Shown here in pieces: positions 12,050 to 23,320 of a stretch of 64,000 bases of DNA; the first letter of the stretch is position 1, and the number at the start of each line of letters is the position of its first letter. The translations under genes were made by a program, and so were the position numbers. Source of the DNA: Psilocybe cubensis (taxonomy: Eukaryota); the NCBI GenBank assembly GCA_017499595.2, contig CM039008.1, positions 744,001 to 808,000 of the forward strand. Reading direction: 5' to 3'. Below the pieces are notes generated by a model that saw only the letters and a list, made by a program, of their open reading frames with translations, was not told the DNA's origin and ran no database searches.

Positions 12050-13655
12050 ATGGCTTCCACGAGCACCCTTTCATCGACCGTCATCGACTACGCAAATTGC
12101 AGGCACCCCGCGAAAGAATCTATGGAAAAGGAATCCATGTATATCTCCAAGGTCTCCGAGCTGGCAAACATTATTGCAGGAAATGGGATCCAAACGTTTG
12201 TTCGCCATCCAGAACCATCGTCCGAGGGCATCGTAGATCAGGACACCCCTTCACAAAGCCACGAGTTTAAGCTTCCGAGTTGGAGCTCTCTTTTCATTAT
12301 CATAGGTGGAAATGCAGTATTTCAGGTGCGTTTGACTACATCTCGGACGAAGAGAGGCGCTAAAAGGTCGAATAGTTATCCTTTTTTATCGTCGTTTCCT
12401 CTGCAAGCGTATATGCAGAGCACCTCGGAGGATCCGCCACATTCTCAGGTTTGACGATCGGTATCCCGGCCTTTATCTCTGGATTGGCACTCATCGTTGT
12501 TACCAAATATGATGGAGGTGTGTTTTTGGTGTTTGGGTGACTGCCACGAGATAGCAACTCATAACAAACGAAGGTTTGTACAACAGGCCTCTGAATATTG
12601 CATATGTTGCCATGTTCCTCGGGAATGTGCTCTACGCGCTGGCATACCGCGCCGACTTCCTTTACCTCATTCTCATAGGCCGCATCGTGACTGGCTGCGG
12701 ATTCATCTCCTTCATGTATAGTAAACGCTACTGCTCCGACCCGCGCATTGTGGGAATTCGAAGGCGTACCACTCTCGCTGGCTGGTTAGTCGTCGGACAG
12801 GCCTTTGGATTTTCTGCTGGTCCCTTTTTTGGGGGCTTGCTGTTCAAAGTTGGTTTTGCGAACCAAGTCTTCAACGGCGTTACTAGCCCTGGTTGGATTA
12901 TGGCGGTTATCTGGATGATGTTCTGGGGTCTTCACAATCTCATATTCCAGGACGTTCCCCTCCAGTCACCTCCGTCTCAGAATATTGAGTTGTCAGCAAC
13001 CACAACGTCCGAACCACCCAAGGACCAAGTCCAAGAGAACCAAACTCCGAAAGCAACTTTTCGCGGCATCAGTCTTGCGCAGTGGGGAGTAATAATATGC
13101 ATGTGCTATTACGCTATGACATGCTTCTTCATGCTGGGAAGCTGGGAAGCCAACATTCCTGTATTCACCGCTCACGCTCTCGGGTATTCTCCATACAACG
13201 CGGGCAACTTCATTGCCTTGGGTGGTGTTGCCTCCGTCCCCTTTCTCCTCCTCAACGTCTGGTACGCACGCCGTATCCAGGACCGCGTCATCCTCGCCAC
13301 CGGGACATCACTGGGCACCGTCGGGCTCATCATCATGCTCACCATCCTCAAAACGTCCAAAGTCAATTTCGGCTCCCTGTTCGTGTGCTGGTTCCTCGTT
13401 GCCTTGGGGTTCAACCTCGCCAGCACGTGTACGCTCAGCCTGCTGTCGAAGCAGCTCCCGGACACCTGGAACAGGAAGGTGAGCATGGCGATTCAGTACA
13501 GCAACTATACTGGCCGGGTGGCCGGTGCGATCCTCGGTGGATCGGGCGTCAGGATGGGCATGGTCAATTACGTCGCGGTGCAGTTGGCTGTGGTTGGAAC
13601 TGGGGGCGTGATGTATCTGACTCTATGGAGGCAGCTGAAGGCGAAAACAGGCTGA
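12050..13655 (+). CDS. Major facilitator superfamily transporter (2 introns)
   Basis: Multiple hydrophobic helices; LILIGRIVTGCG, AFGFSAGPFFGG, SPGWIMA; ends ...LWRQLKAKTG*. Confidence 0.9.
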
Positions 13656-13904
13656 GGACAGTGGAACGGTGCTGTCAGAAAATAGATTAGGCATATCAAT
13701 TAGATATCAGCAAGACTCCCTTAGACCGTCAAGAAAATCATCTGGGTCACGAAATGCCCTGTGAATGCATGGACTCAAATGGGGCAAATGAGACAGTGGG
13801 ACTGGCACTGGGACACGGCCGTGGGCAATGGGTGTAGGAACTGGCGTTATCATCCCTTTGATCGTGGATCATGATGTTCTTGAGTCTTCTCATCGTGATA
13901 AGAT

Positions 13905-15614
13905 ATGCCCAGCGTTAGCGCAGCGGGAGGACCTCTCGTCCTCGTCACCGGCGCCAACGGGTACATCGGCACCTGGCTGATCCAAGGGCTGCTCGAAAAG
14001 GGATATACAGTCCGAGGCACCGTCCGCTCGGAGGAGAAGGGTAAACCTCTGACCGAGTATTTCGACTCGACGCCGTACGGGAGTAACCTCGAATTGGTGG
14101 TTGTGGAGGATATATCAAAGGCAAGTGGCAAAGAGTCGGCTCGCAGAGATGGTCTGAGGAGCTGATATTAATGTTTTTTTGTTTTTTCTCCAGCCTGGAG
14201 CGTTTGACGAGGCTGTGAAAGGTGTGGATGCTATTGAGCATGTTGCCTCCCCGACAGTTTTTCTTCGTCGACCAGACGATCCTCCCGATGGTAAGTCCTG
14301 CTCTACTCCAGCGTCAGTCATACGTTAGCATCTCATCACATAAAAAACTAGCGCTCATCGTCCCAGCCGTAGAGGGTACCCTAGGCATCCTACGCAGTGC
14401 GCAAAAATTCGGGTATAACCCCCACTCCCTTCCCCCTCAACAATTTTTTTCAATCCTAAGCTGCCATTTACAGGTCCAAAGTCAAACGCATCGTATTGAC
14501 ATCCTCAATCGTCGCGTTACTCCCGATATTCACCGCCGCGGACGCCGAGTCGGGCGTCACCGTCCCGTTAGACGAGAGCGGGTGGGCGGACGCGTATGTG
14601 GACGACGTCAGAAAGCGCGGAAACGCCGCGGGCCTGTTGGCGAAATACTGCGCGTCGAAGGCGCTGGCGGAGAAAGGTGCGCGCGCGCGGTCGTGTTGAT
14701 TGATCTTTTATTCATGCTCGTCTTTGTCCGTTGAACTTGAAGCGGCTTGGGAGTTTTATGAGAAATGTAAGAGTGAAGTTCCTTGGGACCTCGTAGCGCT
14801 TAATCCTGCTACTGTACGCATCCAACGATATTCAACACAACTAGACTTGAACACTGACCGAGAGCCTTACACCAGGTACTAGGTGTAAGCTCCCTCTCCA
14901 TCGTCCAAACCCACATCTATATTTAACCAATATCAAACCTCCAAAACCTCCATAGTCGCCGTTACTCGATTTCCAAGATGGTCTGACATCCTCTCTACAA
15001 TACTGGCTCCACCACGCATGCAAAGCGCAGCCGGACGACGTGCTGTGCGATACGATGGGGTTCGTGGACGTCCATGACGTCGTCGCGGCGCATGTGGCCG
15101 CTCTCGAGAAGGAGGAGGCGGGTGGAGAGAGGATTATATTGTGTAAACGTACGTAGGCGCATACACTGACGCTTCAGGCTTTCAGGCGTCAGGATTCGAG
15201 GTCTAAAATACTTATTGTTGTTTTTTGAAAGGTACTATGACTTGGCAACAACACCGTACGTACATAAACCCACAAACCCCTACCACTACTCTCCAAATCT
15301 TTCATCTTTCATAAAAGCAAAGTTGCAAAACTAACTTTTCACGCATAGGAAACGAGATGTACACCATCCGCCCGGACCTCTACGACGGTGCATCGGGCGT
15401 GCTGCCCAGCGGAAACCCAGGGATAACACCTGGCGCGCTACAATACACGTACAACACGACGAAAGCGGCGCGGATCCTTGGGATTGTGTATACGGACTCG
15501 GGTGATACGCTGGGTAATACGATGGAGTATTTTGAGACGCGGGGGTTTTTCGGTGGGGGTGCGGGTGGGAATGTGAATGTGAATGGGAATGGGGAAGTTG
15601 GCGGTGTGATGTAG
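13905..15614 (+). CDS. NAD(P)-dependent epimerase/dehydratase (Gre2/aldehyde reductase II-like extended SDR), multi-exon
   Basis: LVTGANGYIG Rossmann motif, VRGTVRS, GVDAIEHVASP, PAVEGTLGIL, TSS, catalytic YCASK, ALNP, FVDVHDV. Confidence 0.92.
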
Positions 15615-15639
15615 TCGTAGTCGTACTCGTAGTCATGAG

Positions 15640-17700
15640 TGTGTTGGCATTGTATTGTATTGTATTGTATGGTGTATCTGGTGTGTGTGTTATGATCTGT
15701 TGATGCTGAGCGCTAACTAGCGATGAGCGTTGAACGTTGAACGTTGAGAACTTGAATGTGAGCTTGCCAATGACCTTCAAAAGTTCAATTGCCATTGCTC
15801 CGAGGCTCGAGCCTCGCCACCAAACAATTTCTGATTTCTGAGTTCCGATTTCTGACGACTCCAAACTCCATCGACAACAACCTTAAATTTCAGTACTACG
15901 CATTGATAATATCAACAAAGAGATAACAACATTAAATTTTCATCTAGAGTAGAGTGTACATTGCTTCTCGTACTGTACTACTACACATGGCGTTTTGTGG
16001 GTACATTCGGGGTGGGGGTGTGTATGGTGCGTTTGGTGTTGGTGATATGTGTGTGTGTGTGTTGGGGATGTGTGTGTGTGATGTATGTGGGGAGGGGATG
16101 GGGAATGTTGGAGTCGAAAACATAAAGGACAAGGCAAAGGCAAAGTCAAGTCGTAAAAAAGATATAAAAGCGAAAAAAAAAAGAAAGGAAAGAAGAAGAA
16201 AAGAAGTAAGAAGAAAAAAAAAGAAGAAAAGAAAAAGAAGAAAAAAGAAAAGAAAGAGTTCCCCACTGCACACATACATAACATAACATAACATAAATAA
16301 ATGAATCTAGCAAATATTTACTTTACTTTACTTTCTAAGTAGGTCCTCGAGAATCCAGGAGGATTCAGGAAAGTGTGCGGACCAGAGTGGGGTGAAGGTG
16401 AATGTGCAGGTGAAGGTCAAGTTCAAGTTCAAGATCAAGGTCAAGTTGAAGAAGGTAGAAATTGAGGAAATAGAAAAAGAAGGGGAAAAGAAGGGAAAAG
16501 AAAGAAAGAAAGGGAAAAGAAAGAAGGGAAAAAGGTCAACCTAATCAATTCCAAAACCCAAAATCCCAATTCAATTGCTCAATAACAACGAGCGAGAAAA
16601 AAAAGAGGAGAAGAAGATCTATACCTGATAAGATATACCAAAGAAAAACGCATGCGCATGAATCGACGAATCAAAGAAATATGAATAAAAAGGATACGAA
16701 GACGAAGACGAAGACGAAGAGAAGAGGAAAGTCGAAGAGCCTCGGCGAGAGCAGAGAGCCGCGAGAGCAGAGTGTCGAGAGAGGTTTAGTTTTTTGTTGT
16801 TATACGAATGGAGCGGTCGTCAAATGTGGACGTCGTCGAGGTAAAAGTCGAGGTAGGTAAAAACTCGAATAAAACGCAATACGTAATACCGAGCATTAAT
16901 AAAACGGAGGTTCACCCGCGTAAATTATCATAAAAAAATGAAGAGGAAGTGAAGTGGTGTCGTGTCGTAATTGTATCGTGTAGGGTGCGAAAGACTTGTT
17001 GCCGAAAGGCGAAAGGGCGGTGGTAGCATCTATAGCCACATTGCAGAAATTGATAATCCAGAAATTAAATGCAGAATCCGGAATTGAGAATTGAGAATCC
17101 AGAGTCGAGATAGGAATCCAGATCGGAATTGAGAGTTGAGAATCGAGAATGCGACGTCGGAATTGAGTTGAGGAAGACTGAAGACTGAAGACTGGAATGG
17201 AAAAGATGAAGGGCAGAATGCAGAGGGGAATTGATATATGTACTCGAGAAGTTGCGATGATCTGACGATGCGATGCGATGAGATGCCGAGATGAATGGGT
17301 GATAATGAGAATGAGAATGAGAACGAAAACGCGGAAGAACACAGGACAGACAAAGCCGACGAAGAGTGCAGTGGACAGTCGGCAGTCGGCAGTGGCGAGG
17401 CAAGGGATAGGGCGAATAGGGATACAGTAGGTAGTAAAGTATGGTATAGGATGATACGATAGTGCAGAGTGGCAGATGGCAGATGGTATGTGGCAGGAAT
17501 ATGAAAACATGTGTCAGCGACGACGACGACGACGAGGACGAATGGAAGGTGACATGGACAGAGGACGGTGATGCTACGAACACGGCACAGAGGAAACGAG
17601 GAAACAAGGCAATGACGAGGATCGAACAGAGGTGAGAAGACGAGACGAGACGAAAAAAACGGACAACAGGGCGATGCGGCGCGGCGCGCTAACACACGCA
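15640..17700. repeat. Microsatellite/low-complexity tract between convergent gene 3' ends
   Basis: (TTGTA)n, (TG)n, A/G polypurine runs, (ACATA)n, (GACGAA)n and (GATGC)n arrays. ORFs here are low-complexity artefacts. Confidence 0.85.
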
Positions 17701-17715
17701 CGCTCGCTAACGCGC

Positions 17716-20700
17716 TCACCACCCAAACACCTCCTCACACACCTCAACCCCCCCAACCCTCTCGCGCCTCCTCACATCCAAGCTCCCAACACACGCAACC
17801 ACATCATCCGCCAACCCCCCCGGCCCACACACGCCTACGACCATCCCCGACAAGCCCCCTTTCCCCGTCGAAGTTGTATCGTCATAATTGTCTTTGAAGT
17901 TCCCGTGGGAGAGTGTGATGGCGCGTTGCAGTGCGTGTTCGAGGAATTTGGATAGTTTGGGACGGCCTGGTGCGAGTGTGAGACCGCGCGGGAGCGCTTG
18001 TCCTTGTCCTTGTCCCTGCGCCTGTCCATATCCCTGCGTCTGTCCATATCCCTGCGCCTGTATCTGAACCTGAGGCTGCGGCGTCCTAGCCCTCGACTTG
18101 GAAATCGACTTGGATCGATAATGGTAGTGCGCGGACTTGGTACTGTTCTCCCTCCCTACAAGCGTCCGCGCCGACGCGCTCGAATCTTGTCGTTGCGGGC
18201 CGTGCCCACGGGTACTCTGTTGGGGCTGCGGTTGGAGATGGTGCGACTGCATCTGCCCGTGCATAATCGCCGCGGCACTCGGGCCCGCCACCGCATTCAC
18301 ACCCCCACTCGCATTCCGCACATGCGCATGCGCAGACTCATGCGCGCGCTGAGGCCGCGCGTACGAGTCGAATTCATGCTGGTTCTGGTCCTGCGAGTGC
18401 ACACTAGGCGCGTACACATCATCGTCATCGTCATCTTCGTCGTCATTGCCATCTCCATTACCGTTCCCGTTGTCATTTCCGTCGTGGCCGTGTCCATGTA
18501 CACGATCGTCATGCGCGGGATCGGCAAAGCGCGCACGCGCAGAGTCGCCGCGCCTCAACTTCGCATTCGCATTCGCGCTGCTCTCGCCCATGTACCCATG
18601 CGCTTCCGCAACAGTAGCGAGCGGTGCGCTGCTATGCGTATACGCCGGTGCCGGCCCCGAGGGTGACGCCGTAGGAGACGCAGGCGGCGAAGAGGAGGAA
18701 GAGGAAAAGGAGGAAGGGGAAGAGGACGAGGCGTCGAAGAACGCTGGCTGCTTGCCTATCGGCGCGCGGGTGTAGAACACGCTTATTCGGAGAGGTGTGT
18801 AGAGGGATTGCGAGATGAGTTTGGTGAATGTTGGGAGGAGCGGTGCGAGGCATGCTACATATCATCATAATCGTCATCGTCAGCATTACCCCCAAAACAA
18901 AAATAAAATGGGAAACAAGACTAACCAGGATCAGCGACAATCCACACCAACTCAACCACCTTGACTCTACTCTCCCCCTTCCCATCCTTCCTCACCAAAT
19001 CCTCAATAGCAGCAAGCGCATACGTGATCCCGCTTCCTCCCACAACAAACACAGCCGCCGAGAAACTCGCAAAGTTGACGTGGCCCGGCCCGCCATACGG
19101 GCCTTCCACTATCACTTTCACTTCTTTTCCCAGTCCCATGCCCATGCCCATACCAACCGTTTTCTCCTGCGGACACCCTGCTTCTAGAGACGCAGGCGAT
19201 GAAGAGGAGGAGGAGGATTTGGCGAGCGCATAGAGCGCCCCGGTCCACCCGCCCGCCTTCTTACACATAAGCACCATCCCCTCGCCCCCCTCCTTCCTCG
19301 CAACATTCGCAATCGTAAACGGATGCACCTCCAAACACTTCCCCAGTCCCATTCCCCCTCTCCACCCTCCTCCCCCTCCACGCCCACCCCAAGGCGCAAG
19401 CACCCTCAACCTTACATGCTGCCCGGCACGCCACCCCGCGTTGATCGAGGGTATCTCGACGCGCGTCATCTCGAGTTCCGGGAGGGGTGTGATGTATGCG
19501 GATGTGTACCGCGATTTGCAGAGGCGGAGGGTGTGGTCTAGTGCGAGGAACGCCGCTGCGAAGAGGACGTATGGCAGGAGCGAGGGTTTGTGCAAGTACA
19601 TCTGGTTAAAAATAGACCGGGTTAAAAATAGAATATAATAGGGTAAAAATAAAATAAAATAAAATAAAATAAAATAAAATAAAATAACGGAGGCAGGAAG
19701 GGGAGAGGGGAAGGGGACGTACGGCAGGGAGAACGAGTATGAAGCCGAGAATGTGCGTGGCGAGGAAGAGGTTGTACGCGCTATTCCGCACGGACTGCAC
19801 GGAGAAGAGGAAGATGGTGTTGACGCTGACGAGGGCGACCATGCCCCATGTGTTGCTTGGGTCCTGGATGAATTGTTTGAATGTGCCGTTGATTGACCAG
19901 AAGTAGACTGGGGGGTAAATGGGTGTTAGTTAGTTGGAAACGTGGAAGGGAGGAGGGGGGGAGGGGGGAGGAACGTACAGTAGTGCAGCGAGTGGATGTT
20001 TGCTGCTAACACGATAATTCGCCCCACGAACCGATGTATAAAATTCAACTGCAATCAAACAAACCCTCAATATCAGTATTCAAACACATAAAACACATAA
20101 AACACACCTTCTCATACCCCCACCCACCCAACCACCCCACCCCATTCTTCCCCGCAAGCGCACACACAACCGGCACCTGCGCCGCCGCAATCCACCCCGT
20201 CCGCGCCGGGTCCGTAAACACATTACTCCGAAACAGCGCCGCGTACACCCACGCGTAGAAGTACACCGCGAGCAGCAGCGCATGGCCCATGCCCATCCCC
20301 GCGCCGCCGCGCGTGCTCGACAGGAACGGGACGCGCGCGCGGAGGGGCGCGAGGAGGCCGCGGAGGAGGGAGGGGCAGGACGGGATGTGCGGGGGGAAGT
20401 GCAGTGCGGGATAGGGCCGCGCGCGGGGGACGCCTTGGTCTTTCTCTTCACCGCTGCCGTTGTGCTCTCGATTACCGTGGTTGTGATTGAGGTTGTGCGG
20501 GTTATTATTCGAGAGCGTGCCGCGCCGCCCGCGGCGCGTCCTCCGCGACGGGGCAACAGCCGCGACACGCCGGTCGTACCAGAACATGTGCCCCGCGGCC
20601 CACTCCCTCGATACGCCGCCGAAGAGGGCTAGGGCGCGCGGGAGGCGGAGGAGGATGGCGAGGAGGAAGAGGGCGGTGAGGAGGAGGAGGATGTGGGTTA

Positions 20701-20836
20701 CGAGTGCGGCGTCCGCGGCGTGTTCGGGGGAGGGGAGGGTGCGCCGGGATAGGGGCTGGGCCGCGTGATGCATGGAGTTGGAGTTGAGAACGGGTGAGGG
20801 TGGAGCTGGAGGCGATGATAGGGATAGGGAAGGCAT
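17716..20836 (-). CDS. Ferric/cupric reductase (FRE family) transmembrane oxidoreductase, multi-exon
   Basis: ALAGKN, HRFVGR, heme histidines (ANIHSLH, FLATHILG), WRAGQHVRLRV, FAD motif HPFTIA, EGPYGG, VGGSGIT, GVCGPGGL, EEVFGW*. Confidence 0.93.
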
Positions 20837-21987
20837 TGCGGGAGTTGTAGCTGGACGATATCTGAATCGATCACCGGATGAATGGGCAGAGCAAATTCAC
20901 CGACTCAACGTTCAACGCCAATGAACAAACACAGAAGGACGGATAGACAGACAGATTGCCTAGAATCCGTCACGGAGCGCTGAGAGATGTCGACGTCGGC
21001 GTCGTACTTGGAAGTTGGAATTCGTCTGCGGGGTACACAAGACACAAGGCAGACAGGCAGACAGGTCGGATACCGGATGTTGGACGTCGACCTCGCGACT
21101 TGCAAAGGGGGGAAAGAAGAACCTACAAAGCCTAAAAAACGCCTCCCTTATACAACACGTCGTTGACACCTAAACGCAAACACCACGAGGCGCGTGCGTG
21201 CGTGCGTGCGTGGGGGTGATGGGAAGATGGGGGTGATAGGTGTCGGTGGGAAGGGAGGGAAGGGAGGGACAAGGGGAGGTCAAAGTCGTAAAAACGAGGC
21301 TGGGGATATATGTAGTACGGGAGTGAAGAAGAAGTAGGAGAATCGAATCTCGAGACTCAATCTCGAAAATGAATAATTGAATCTTGCGAAGATGAGGAAA
21401 TCACGAAATGAGGAAATCACGAAATGAGAAAACGAGGGAAATCGAAATCGCCAATCGAATCGGCAAACAAAAAGAATATAGGAAAATGAGAGAGAGAAAA
21501 GGACAGTAACTAGCAACTAGCACTAGTATGAAACGATACGATCGAGGGATTGGGGGTGTTGGCAGGGTTGCCCAGACGAGCGAAAACGAGCGTTAATGCA
21601 AATGAGCGGTAATGTTAACTAACGTTAACTGCACAGTAACACGAACAAATGAGCGGAATGTCGAAAAGGCGCTAGAAGACTCTGCGGGAACAAAAAAAGT
21701 CAAAAAGCCTGAAACAGGTGCACCCCTGGCGTAAGTTGCGGAGTGCGGACAATGGGTGTTCGTAAACAAGCAACGTGAACGTGAACCGTTGAATGTTGGA
21801 ATTGAATTTTGAATGGTGGAATTGAAAAACCGCTACGGTGATTGCCAATGCCAATGGGGAGATAACATGTACAGGGACGCCGGCGCCGTTTATCGTTCAT
21901 ACTCACGGTGCGGGTTTGGTTGGGTTTACGGTGCACGATGCCGGGATTCGTACACGGTCTCCGTCCTCCTTCCCCATATAGCCCATT

Positions 21988-23320
21988 ATGGAAAGCGAGA
22001 CTGTCAAGCCTCAAAAGCCGTTGCCAAACATTGACCGGATGAGTTTGCCGGTTTTTTGTTTGATCCAGAGGCGCAACCTGACCCCGGAAACCCCCTTTGG
22101 GTACCGTCGTCTCAGCCACTGCCAAGCTCGACTCGGATGGTGGCATTCTGTTGGGCGCCTCAACCTCGACCTACTACATGTTCAGCAGGGATTTATTTTG
22201 AAAGACTGCCACTCATTCGGTAACACCAAGGATTACCCGTGGGCCAGGATTACCGTGTGAGCGTCAGTCGATCAAACTCATTGCCAGGTGTTTTCCTCAA
22301 TCGAGTCTCGACTCACAGAGCGGATGGATGCGCTTGAGGGTCAATCATTGGCCCTTTGATCCCTTTCCCAAAATACAGCGTTCTGATTTATAGCAAGAAA
22401 ATTAAAGTATACAATCTTTGGTATACCTTAACAGTAGTTAGTGTACTCTAGTAGGTTTGCTTTGCTACTAATAATGTGAAGCGTATGGGAGTCAAATTTT
22501 GTATATGAAGAACAATAACATTTGATTAATGAGCATAGTAGACATTATAGCTCAGAGTGTCTCTTTTAACACACTCCACCTGTGCCCGCCTTCTCTATAT
22601 TTAGGGGATCCAATTCAAACCATTATGTGTTGCACCTGTCCTGAAATGGCAAACTCATAAATTATTCTCTTGAACATTTCCTTCACCAAAGAGATTGTGC
22701 AATGGAGATAATATAACCTCAAAAAATAAATTTCATGTTAAAAAGTTACTTACAAATGGGTCATAACTTGTGGGTCGGTCAGCAAGTTCTCAGCGTCTAT
22801 GTGCGTTGATGGTAGATCACAAGCTACAGTCGTTGTAGGGCCTTTATTATACATGATACTATCAATTTCCGCCATAATGTCTTGATATAAACTACTTTAT
22901 AGGGTTTTATTACATCTATACAATTGCCAGACAGTGCCATCAAATGTTTTTGTGAATGGGAGTGAGCATTTTACGAGGTTAACTTGTACATGTGTTGCGC
23001 GCGATTAAAAGTAGCCATTTTACTTGCATTTTACACCAAACCCCACGGGCGGGCCGCTCATGCTGCTGCAAGCAGCGCGGGAGCACTAAATCCCCCCTTT
23101 TTTGCATGGATGCTCTTATATATGCACCACGTAGCGGAGAAATTGTGTACATATAGTCTACTACTGTAGACAACCTGATCTTATTAAATTCTAACTATGT
23201 CTTTTGGCGGCACTAGGTGCACGGAGTCTTTGCTCGCCGAGAGTTTGCCAAGCGTGCCCGGCTTGACAACCCGATGATGTTTGGCAACGGCTTTCGAGGC
23301 TTGACAGTCTCGCTTTCCAT
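21988..23320. mobile_element. Non-autonomous TIR element, 44-bp TIRs, 8-bp TSD AGCCCATT
   Basis: ATGGAAAGCGAGACTGTCAAGCCTC(A/G)AAAGCCGTTGCCAAACAT at 21988-22031 and inverted at 23277-23320 (one mismatch). AGCCCATT at 21980-21987 and 23321-23328. Confidence 0.87.

Noticed and set aside
15940..17722. Lys/Arg-rich, Phe-rich and Ser-rich ORFs
   Set aside because: They are translations of microsatellite and polypurine tracts.
20880..20900. TTTGCTC copper-response-like motif upstream of the ferric reductase
   Set aside because: A single imperfect short match, expected by chance.
22431..23167. Possible nested element with ACAGTAGT...ACTACTGT ends inside the 1.33-kb transposon
   Set aside because: Only 8 bp of inverted match and no convincing TSD.
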